The notes beneath the pieces are model-generated. The model searched no databases and was not told the DNA's origin. It was given only the letters and a program-made list of their open reading frames with translations. Of a stretch of 32,000 nucleotides of DNA, positions 25,131 to 32,000 are shown in pieces. The position numbers and the translations under genes are program-made. The DNA lies in contig NZ_CP064923.1 in NCBI RefSeq assembly GCF_018336915.1, forward strand, positions 1,410,001 through 1,442,000. The letters run 5' to 3'. This DNA comes from Acaryochloris marina S15. Its GTDB lineage: Bacteria > Cyanobacteriota > Cyanobacteriia > Thermosynechococcales > Thermosynechococcaceae. Positions within the stretch are counted from its first letter, which is position 1, and the number at the start of each line of letters is the position of its first letter.

Positions 25131-26515
25131 GGCTCTCTGGGAATTAGCGTGGTAGCCGCTAGATATAGTATTTAGGTCAAGGCAAAAGTCTGATACCCAT
25201 TGAGGTCAAGCGAAATTCTTTGGAAGAGCCTTTCAATATCGAAAATACCGTAGCATCGTCTTTTTAGGACCTTAACTCGGTTGTTAAATCCTTCGACAAA
25301 GCCACTGGTCCATCCCTCCAGAAAATAGTTGGTCATCTCATCCATCCAATTGTTGACAGTGGTCAGGAAACTCTCAAAATCCTTGATGTCACTTTTGAGG
25401 ACTCGTTTACACCAAGCCCGGATGGCACATTTAGCTCCGTTTTTGGTGTACCTACCCTCAAATATCTGTGTCAATTCCTCTCGGAGTTTGTAGGCCTGCT
25501 TCATCTCAGGAGAATAAGCAAACACTCGCTCAAGCAACTGTTGTTCTGACTCCTGGAGATTCTCAGGCCGTTTTCGAAAGGCCCACATCGCACCTTTGAT
25601 ACTGTCATAGTCTTGCTTAGGGAGTTCTTGGCGTAGACGTTTGACCTCCCGTTTACGAACTGTATCGGCACCATTACGATAGGCTTTGGCCACATGAAAG
25701 CGGTCAATGACAATTTTTGTTTGAGGGAGTTGTTCACGGACTGCACTGACAAATCCTTGATACATATCAGTACAAACCCGCTCAATGGTTTGGCGTAAAT
25801 GAAGGGGAATCGATTGAAGAAAATTTGCAACGGTCTGTTGTTTGCGGTCGGCCAGAACTGCCAATATGTCTACTCCGCCTGTGGTAGGAATCGTGATCAA
25901 AACTACAAAATCACGGTGGCCTCTTTTCAGAGAAATCTCATCAATCCCGATGACTTGGAGGTCTAAATATTCGCTCCAGTCAACTTGACAGGCAATCCAG
26001 CGATCAATGGTGCCACTGACGACATCCTCACTAACGCCTAGTTTCCTAGCAACATCTGAGACCGTTGAGTTGATCAGGATACGCAGAAGCCAATGCTCAT
26101 AAGCTTTGGTATTGGGACTACGAGGTTCATGCCATTCTAAGCGTTGAGTTGTTGTGGGATGGTCATCGCAATACCCGCATCGATAGCGCTTGGGCCGAAT
26201 TTCTAAATACACTGGTACTTCGAACAATGGCAAGTGACGAATTCGAAGAGCCTGATCATGGCAGTGAAGGTCAGTAATCTCATGTCCACATTTGTGGCAG
26301 GTTGTTCCTTGCAGAGTACTGTCAATTTTGATCAGCCAATCCCCTCGCTCCGTCTTCGATAGCTCTAAAACTCGAACATCGGGAAGGTTGAGCGGGATGC
26401 GAATTGAGTTATCCATTGCGCCATTGCTCTGAAGTACTACCCTAGATCATTTCATAGGGATGAAAAAGGGAACACACTATATGTAGGGCTTCATCACGTT
26501 AATTCCAGGAGAGCC
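25131..26515 (-). mobile_element. ISL3-family insertion sequence (1385 bp), apparently intact
   Basis: The terminal inverted repeats begin GGCTCT. GGCTCTCTGGGAATTAGCGTG (25131-25151) matches the reverse complement of 26495-26515 (GGCTCTCCTGGAATTAACGTG) at 18/21, and weaker similarity continues to ~39 bp. The element has an 8-bp flanking direct repeat and a single uninterrupted transposase ORF. Confidence 0.85.
25172..26416 (-). CDS. ISL3-family transposase
   Basis: 414-aa uninterrupted ORF with an N-terminal zinc-finger-like region (TCHKCGHEITDLHCHDQ...RYRCGYCD) and a DDE transposase body typical of ISL3. Confidence 0.9.
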   Translation of the reverse strand: MDNSIRIPLNLPDVRVLELSKTERGDWLIKIDSTLQGTTCHKCGHEITDLHCHDQALRIRHLPLFEVPVYLEIRPKRYRCGYCDDHPTTTQRLEWHEPRSPNTKAYEHWLLRILINSTVSDVARKLGVSEDVVSGTIDRWIACQVDWSEYLDLQVIGIDEISLKRGHRDFVVLITIPTTGGVDILAVLADRKQQTVANFLQSIPLHLRQTIERVCTDMYQGFVSAVREQLPQTKIVIDRFHVAKAYRNGADTVRKREVKRLRQELPKQDYDSIKGAMWAFRKRPENLQESEQQLLERVFAYSPEMKQAYKLREELTQIFEGRYTKNGAKCAIRAWCKRVLKSDIKDFESFLTTVNNWMDEMTNYFLEGWTSGFVEGFNNRVKVLKRRCYGIFDIERLFQRISLDLNGYQTFALT

Positions 26516-26523
26516 AAAAATTT
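26516..26523. repeat. 8-bp target-site duplication (AAAAATTT), right copy
   Basis: See left copy at 25123-25130. Confidence 0.75.
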
Positions 26524-26528
26524 GGGTC

Positions 26529-27092
26529 ATGAACAAGTTTATTGCCAGTCCCATAAGGGGGGAGAACACCCTATTCTTCCCGAAAGCCAGGGAGTTACAT
26601 AGAGAAAATTCAGCTGATTTTATGAGTTTGGATCAGGCATCAGTCATGCATACTGACACCATAGATACTGGAGGTATGACTCACCTTCCTCACCCAACCG
26701 CTTCACCCAACCATTTTTCAGGTCTTGCCCCTATCCTGAACGTCAGTAATATTCCTAGGAGTATTGATTTCTACGTTAATCTCCTTGGCTTCCAGCAAGA
26801 TTGGGCTTGGGGAGACCCACCTACATTTGCCTCAGTTTCTAGGGATGATGTCTGCATCTTTCTATGCCAAGGTGCACAAGGTCAATCTGGTATGTGGCTA
26901 TCCATTTTTGTCCATGATGTCGATGCACTATACGCAATGTATAAAGATAAGGATGTCAACATTCGATAAGCACCGACCAATTTTGCTTGGGGGATGAGAG
27001 AGATGAATATCGAAGACCCTGATGGACATCGTTTACGCATTGGGACTGCCACTGATGCACCAAGCGATGGCATCCCTTTATGTGAAAGTTGA
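26529..27092 (+). pseudogene. VOC-superfamily (glyoxalase/bleomycin-resistance-like) gene with an in-frame TAA at 26967-26969
   Basis: The 146-aa track ORF ends ...DALYAMYKDKDVNIR*. The same frame continues APTNFAWGMREMNIEDPDGHRLRIGTATDAPSDGIPLCES* to 27092, supplying the conserved C-terminal WG.RE....DPDGH.LR block of the fold. The true N-terminus is uncertain because the ATG at 26529 lies 13 nt from the ISL3 end. Confidence 0.7.
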
Positions 27093-27302
27093 TGATTAGG
27101 CAATGGTTTGCGCAGTTTTCAATCCATAAAAGTTTAGATCGGGGTAGGATTCATTCCCCGTTTGCAAATCTTGTAACCCAATAGACCAGAACATTCGGTA
27201 TGATTCTGGGAACAGAGTAGAGCGGCTGAACCGAAATAAGCCAGCTATACTCCTAATATATGGATCTTTACGATTGTTGTTTATCATTCCACATTTGAAT
27301 TC

Positions 27303-27974
27303 ATGGTCTACGGAACATCCTCTGCTCGGGCTGAAATGAGTGAACTGCGGCGTCTGCGAACGCTCCTGCCACCTGAGCTGCAAAGCTGGGTTACCGTAGA
27401 AGCGACAACCGCCACCAACGCCTCCCTAATTACCTGTGAAGAACTAGGTCAAGATGAGGTGGAAATCCAAATTGACCTGCTGAAGTGGGAGCAATATGCC
27501 AAGGACCAGCGCAACCTCCTGTTTTGGCATCAAGTGGCTCGGGTTCAGAACGACACCATTCCCCGGGATGGCTGGGAAATGGCAGCCCTAGCTATTGGTT
27601 TAGGCGGTGCAGTCGGTGAGCTATGGGTTCAAGATGGATTACTGCTGATGTTGGCCTTGGGCCTATGTGGCGTATCGGGATGGCGACTGTATCAGCGCAA
27701 TAACTCCCAAAAAAGTGTTGATGATCTAACAGCTGCGGATCAAAAAGCGATCGCCCTCGCGACTCGCTTTGGCTACACCCTCCCCAATGCCTATAAAAGC
27801 TTAGGCAGTGCCTTAAAAATCTTGATTGATCAATCTCCTAGCCGTCGTAACCGTAAGCGATATGAAACCCGCCTGCAGGCATTGAAAGATAGTGCTGCAG
27901 AAGCTAAAGCTAGAAGCCAATCTATGCGCGCAGAGCAGCGCAACCGGATGCCGGACATGAACTACCCTTCCTGA
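27303..27974 (+). CDS. conserved hypothetical membrane protein (cyanobacterial DUF-type)
   Basis: 223-aa ORF; an alternative start at 27336 (MSELRRL...) is at least as likely. It has two adjacent hydrophobic helices (WEMAALAIGLGGAVGELWV, LLLMLALGLCGVSGW) and a basic C-terminal tail. The 3' end overlaps the convergent RNase II/R gene by 13 nt. Confidence 0.6.
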   Translation: MVYGTSSARAEMSELRRLRTLLPPELQSWVTVEATTATNASLITCEELGQDEVEIQIDLLKWEQYAKDQRNLLFWHQVARVQNDTIPRDGWEMAALAIGLGGAVGELWVQDGLLLMLALGLCGVSGWRLYQRNNSQKSVDDLTAADQKAIALATRFGYTLPNAYKSLGSALKILIDQSPSRRNRKRYETRLQALKDSAAEAKARSQSMRAEQRNRMPDMNYPS

Positions 27975-30004
27975 GCAGCATCAGGCGAGGCAGTGAAACA
28001 TTCCTGCAGCTGAATCCGATCCAAGCGGGGATTTACAGACGCCACTTTGACATCCAGACGGTCCCCCAAAACAACAGGGTGATCCAAGCGCATCACTAAT
28101 TCCAGTCCTAAATCTTCTAGCAGAATCAGGGCCAGGTTCTCATGCTCACGCAACCACCGCAATACCATTGCTGGCCAGACCGTCTGGCCATGCTGCCGTA
28201 AATACTCCAAACTCCAGTAGCGATTGGTTTGCCGTTCTAGAAGAGTTGCCTCTTGGGCCGCCGTGGTCACGCTTGGAATCAGCGTTGTTAAGTCAGTTTT
28301 GCTGAAGGGCAAATCCTCCTCTCTGAGGTGAGCCTTAATTTGGAAATGAGCTACTAAATCCGCATAGCGACGGATGGGGGACGTGACTTGGCAATAACAA
28401 TCCAGCCCCAAGCTGGCATGGCGAGCGGGACTAATACTGACTTCACTGCGAGGCATGCAGCTACGGATAGCGCAATAGCGGACAAACCCTGGTGCGAGCT
28501 GTAAAAGTTCTTCTTCGGGGGGCAGTTCGGGCTGAGGTTGGTGACGGAAGGGCAGCGGCAAGTCATTATCTTGACCATACCGGGCTGCAACCTCCCCCGT
28601 CAGAATCATCATTTCAGCCACCAGGTTGCGGGCAGAAGAATCGTATAAGACCTGGATATCAACCTTTTCTCCCTCTACTTTGATAGAGGATTCTGGCATC
28701 TGGATGCTGATAGCTCCTTGGGATTTTCGCCAGACTTGGCGTTGTTTTGCCCATTGGGCCAAAGCCAACAGTTCAGACTCTGCCTCTACCCCAAGTTCCA
28801 ACATCTCATCCACATCGGCATAGGTAAGACGATAGGTGGGCTGGACCTGGCTACAGCGAATCTCATAGGACTCAATCGCCCCTTCCGCCGAAAGGATGAC
28901 GCCAAAGCTCAGGGCACAGCAGATCTGCCCCTGAACTAAACTCATGGGTCCCGTAGAAAGCTCCGTCGGGAACATGGGAATCATGCCCGTGGGCAGGTAA
29001 ACCGTTGTGCCTCGGCGTTGGGCCTCCCGGTCCAAGTCATCTCCCAATGTGATCCAACGGCTGGGATCGGCAATATGGACCCAGACCCGCTGCTTACCGT
29101 CTGGCAAAACTTCTAAACTAAGGCCATCATCTATCTCAGACGTGCTTTCATCATCAATGGTATAGACTTTCAAACTGGTCAAGTCGTGACGTTCAGCATG
29201 TAAGTCTGGTGGCGGCATTTTCAGTAATTGATCAACGGCAGCGACAACAGACGACGAAAACTGGAGTGGGGTTTTGCTGCGATATAGATGTAAGTTTTGG
29301 TGGGGATCCCAGATCTTCACATCCACTAACAACTGAAAAGCCGCATCTGGCGAGGTCGCTCGCTTCAACGTTGACAAGATTTCAGTGGCAGTCGCACGAG
29401 TGGTGGCTTCATCTCCTAAAGCCGCAAATTTTTCTAAAGCTTGGAGATAGGTGCGCTCGTATCCTTCCCACTCTAAGGTATTACCCGCGATCGCCTGCTC
29501 TAGTTTTTGATAAAAAGCTTGTTGTTCTTGCTGACGCTTGGCTTGCTGCTCAAGCTGATGCTGAAGTTCTGCGACTTGGCTAGCTGAGCGAGGTTCAAAG
29601 CGGTCCCCTTTTTGCTTAAAGTAGATTCGGTCATCGGTCAGCAAGCAATGGGCCGCATAACAGAGCGGTGGACTTTGATCTGAAAACAATAGCTGGGCCA
29701 AATCAGCTGGTGAGGCTGACTGGGAATCTTCAAGCAAAATCTCCCAAGCCACCTCTAAGCTGCTTGGGTCAATATAAGACTCGGCCTCTGTCTGAAATTC
29801 AGTAATTTCAGAAGGCATACAGGTTTTCCCCGCAACCACAAAGGTAAATTGTCGAGGATGAAGCGTATGGGATTGTCCAGATTGATCGACAACAACCCAA
29901 TTCTTCTTACCTTCGGGTCGATCAACTACGCCCAATTGAAAGGGACGTTGCCCTTCGGCACAATCGCCCCGCCTTTTAAATTCAATTAATGTTCCTTTCT
30001 CCAC
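27962..30004 (-). CDS. rnb: RNase II / RNase R-family 3'-5' exoribonuclease
   Basis: 680-aa ORF with a GTG start. It has the RNB-domain motif YTIDDESTSEIDDGLSLE, the downstream conserved block SPIRRYADLVAHFQ, and a C-terminal S1-like segment. Confidence 0.85.
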   Translation of the reverse strand: MEKGTLIEFKRRGDCAEGQRPFQLGVVDRPEGKKNWVVVDQSGQSHTLHPRQFTFVVAGKTCMPSEITEFQTEAESYIDPSSLEVAWEILLEDSQSASPADLAQLLFSDQSPPLCYAAHCLLTDDRIYFKQKGDRFEPRSASQVAELQHQLEQQAKRQQEQQAFYQKLEQAIAGNTLEWEGYERTYLQALEKFAALGDEATTRATATEILSTLKRATSPDAAFQLLVDVKIWDPHQNLHLYRSKTPLQFSSSVVAAVDQLLKMPPPDLHAERHDLTSLKVYTIDDESTSEIDDGLSLEVLPDGKQRVWVHIADPSRWITLGDDLDREAQRRGTTVYLPTGMIPMFPTELSTGPMSLVQGQICCALSFGVILSAEGAIESYEIRCSQVQPTYRLTYADVDEMLELGVEAESELLALAQWAKQRQVWRKSQGAISIQMPESSIKVEGEKVDIQVLYDSSARNLVAEMMILTGEVAARYGQDNDLPLPFRHQPQPELPPEEELLQLAPGFVRYCAIRSCMPRSEVSISPARHASLGLDCYCQVTSPIRRYADLVAHFQIKAHLREEDLPFSKTDLTTLIPSVTTAAQEATLLERQTNRYWSLEYLRQHGQTVWPAMVLRWLREHENLALILLEDLGLELVMRLDHPVVLGDRLDVKVASVNPRLDRIQLQECFTASPDAAQEG

Positions 30005-30089
30005 CCAATTGGCTCATCCAATCTCAGTAGTTATGACAAGTATGAACTAGCCCATAGCAGGGGTAGTTCAAGAAGCCTGTACCTACCAT

Positions 30090-30305
30090 CTAACCTTCGC
30101 GGTTGATGAAAGGAAGCAATGCAACGACTCGAGCCTGCTTGATGGCACGGGTCAAATCTCGCTGTTGGCGAGCAGTGAGGCCAGTAATCCGTCGAGGCAA
30201 AATCTTGCCGCGTTCTGTGATAAAGCGACGGAGTAGATCAACATCCTTGTAATCAATCGGATCACCTGGCTTGATCGGAGAAACACGGCGACGATAGTAA
30301 GGCAT
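30090..30305 (-). CDS. rpsR: 30S ribosomal protein S18
   Basis: 71-aa ORF with [43 protein letters not shown], the near-invariant S18 core. Confidence 0.95.
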   Translation of the reverse strand: MPYYRRRVSPIKPGDPIDYKDVDLLRRFITERGKILPRRITGLTARQQRDLTRAIKQARVVALLPFINREG

Positions 30306-30337
30306 AAGGTCTTGATGAACGTTTAATAGGTGGACAA

Positions 30338-30526
30338 CTACTTGATTTCTTTGTGGTTCGTATGCTTATTGCAATGGGTACAGAATTTCTTCAGTTCCAG
30401 ACGAGACGTGGTATTTCGTCTATTTTTTGTGGTTGTGTACCGGGATACCCCTGGTGATCGCTTATTGGAGTTGGACCGACATTCGGTACATTCCAATGTG
30501 ACGATGATCCGAACACCTTTTGCCAT
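30338..30526 (-). CDS. rpmG: 50S ribosomal protein L33
   Basis: 62-aa [22 protein letters not shown]...[34 protein letters not shown], carrying the four-Cys zinc-ribbon form of L33. Confidence 0.95.
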   Translation of the reverse strand: MAKGVRIIVTLECTECRSNSNKRSPGVSRYTTTKNRRNTTSRLELKKFCTHCNKHTNHKEIK

Positions 30527-30628
30527 GTGTTTTTACCGCATCAAAATTTCTAATTGGACACAAACGATAATTATCTCATGATTGATCGAAAATCAGCTAC
30601 TTTTTTTTTACGTTTTTCAATACTGCAA

Positions 30629-31999
30629 TTATCCCTCACCTATTTGATCTACAGGAGCTGACTGTCGAGACAACCGATGGTAAACCTTGACAAGATCTTC
30701 CGATTGGCCAACATTCCCCGGAAATAAAACCACCAGCATTTGAGGGAAATCATGATTCGGTGCAGTTTGCACGACACAACACCCAGGCAAAACTTGGCCC
30801 AATAGTCTGACAGAAGACAAGTTTAGACCGCGAGCCAAAATAACATTCGAGGTCATTCCTCCTTTGCTCACTAAGTACCCTAGATGAGTGGGCAGTTGTT
30901 GCACAATATCTGCTAACAAACTAGTAACCCGGACACTAAACCGGAGTCGCTCTAGCAAATCTGAAAAGTCTAGAGGTTGGCGACTCGTATAAATCACGGG
31001 TGTATTGTGTCGGTGCAGCATGGCATCAACTTTCTCCAAAACCTGGGCTTTGATCAGGTTGCTATCCACTTCGCTATTTTGGAGGGGAGTGAGATTAATT
31101 TCGATTCCCGCGACTTGAGGCAAGGCTAATAAGGCCGTGAGTTGAGTCGTCGTTCTCTGGACGTAGGAGCCGACGATAAAAACCCCTGGATAAGCACTTT
31201 GAACCGTTTGCCCCATTGTTTCTGCTGGAATGGGTTGGGGAGGTAGATTTCCAAATGCGGTCAGTAGGCTGGCTGCACTGCGAAATAAAAACCGTTTTCC
31301 CTGAGCAGAAGCCAATAGGGTTCGTTGAGCAAAACGATCGAGATCGGCTTGAACGGCTGCATCTACAACTGCATATTGGTTGTCTTGCAATCCCATTAAT
31401 CGCTCTAAGCTGGTTGCTTCAGGTTCATTCGTTGGAAAATAGGAGACTTGGGAGGCAGAAACTCGCCCCTCTGTTTTCTCGGCGATATAGTCTGCAAGAA
31501 AACTATGGCAATAGCCAAAAACGGGATCTTGGGCAAATTCAGTTTCGTGAACCGGAACAAGCTGATCTTGAGTTTGGATATAGTGAATACCGTTTTGGGT
31601 GATTCTGCCCCCTTCTAGGAAGGCCGGAACCAGGAACTGAGCATCAAAGGGGCCAAGTTCTTCCGTGATCACATCCGTCTCTAAAGGGTAATGACCCCGT
31701 AAGGTTGAGTCTGAACGGCTAACGATTAAATAGCGTGTGAGACAGTCTTTGCTATCTGTCGCAGATTGGATTTGCGCCATTGCCATCTTTAAATTGCGGC
31801 ACACTTCCCGAGTGACTTGGGCTGCTTCTTCAGCCGATCGAGCACGGGTATTGGTCAAGATAAACAAAAGTGGCGACGCGTCTAATAACCCCTGGCAGAG
31901 AGTTTCTACATCCCACTGCAGCAATAACAAGCAACTATGGACGGTTTGCGATCCAGTTGGATCATCATCCAACACCACAATTTTGGGAGAGTCAGCCAT
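30629..31999 (-). CDS. four-carbon acid sugar kinase family protein (DUF1537-type)
   Basis: 456-aa ORF, with its ATG at 31999-31997 just inside the window edge. It has the N-terminal motif KIVVLDDDPTGSQTVH and a C-terminal nucleotide-binding half (LVSKGGMTS). The family call is from motif memory only. Confidence 0.6.
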   Translation of the reverse strand: MADSPKIVVLDDDPTGSQTVHSCLLLLQWDVETLCQGLLDASPLLFILTNTRARSAEEAAQVTREVCRNLKMAMAQIQSATDSKDCLTRYLIVSRSDSTLRGHYPLETDVITEELGPFDAQFLVPAFLEGGRITQNGIHYIQTQDQLVPVHETEFAQDPVFGYCHSFLADYIAEKTEGRVSASQVSYFPTNEPEATSLERLMGLQDNQYAVVDAAVQADLDRFAQRTLLASAQGKRFLFRSAASLLTAFGNLPPQPIPAETMGQTVQSAYPGVFIVGSYVQRTTTQLTALLALPQVAGIEINLTPLQNSEVDSNLIKAQVLEKVDAMLHRHNTPVIYTSRQPLDFSDLLERLRFSVRVTSLLADIVQQLPTHLGYLVSKGGMTSNVILARGLNLSSVRLLGQVLPGCCVVQTAPNHDFPQMLVVLFPGNVGQSEDLVKVYHRLSRQSAPVDQIGEG

Positions 32000-32000
32000 C

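Noticed and set aside
8918-26969. Three in-frame stops of three kinds (TGA 8918 in the transposase, TAG 10670 in the small minus-strand ORF, TAA 26967 in the VOC gene) as evidence of stop-codon recoding or a variant genetic code
   Set aside because: All ~30 convincing genes in the window terminate normally at TAA, TAG or TGA where homologues end. All three interrupted genes lie in IS-associated, decaying DNA. I see no SECIS-like hairpin after the TGA. Independent pseudogenisation is the simpler explanation.
27096-27383. 95-aa minus-strand ORF between the VOC gene and the 223-aa membrane-protein gene
   Set aside because: It overlaps the 5' end of the better-supported plus-strand gene and mostly covers intergenic DNA. 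The composition is not protein-like and I recognise no motif. Not excluded, but unsupported.
1-32000. CRISPR arrays, rRNA or tRNA genes, prophage or integrase signatures
   Set aside because: I saw no regularly spaced direct repeats, no rRNA or tRNA-like sequence, and no integrase or phage structural ORFs. The only mobile elements are the two IS copies.

Overview
Cyanobacterial chromosomal window: I count 11 copies of the HIP1 octamer GCGATCGC by eye, and the gene content is typical of cyanobacteria. Housekeeping genes sit at both ends. On the left are 5-FCL, dtd and glmS. On the right are remA-gmk, a 1-Cys peroxiredoxin, RNase II/R, rpsR, rpmG and a four-carbon acid sugar kinase. The middle is more mosaic and contains: (1) a co-directional minus-strand trio of a CHASE + degenerate-GGDEF sensor, a PaaK-like adenylating enzyme, and an S1-domain protein with a large unassigned N-terminal domain; (2) an ISKra4-like IS with intact inverted repeats and a 9-bp target duplication but a TGA-interrupted transposase; (3) a ~0.8-kb AT-rich, gene-poor island; (4) a translationally coupled MoxR-MoxR-DUF58-transglutaminase operon with a tandemly duplicated AAA+ ATPase, the best candidate for an under-described system here; (5) an orphan higA with a decayed higB stub, a STAS protein and an NFACT/RqcH homologue; (6) a second decayed patch with a HipA-like kinase, a divergently transcribed PII-like gene, a 5'-truncated amidase remnant, an intact ISL3 element with an 8-bp target duplication, and a VOC/glyoxalase gene with an in-frame TAA. 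I saw no rRNA, tRNA or CRISPR array. All functional calls come from reading motifs in the supplied translations and DNA; no database search was run.
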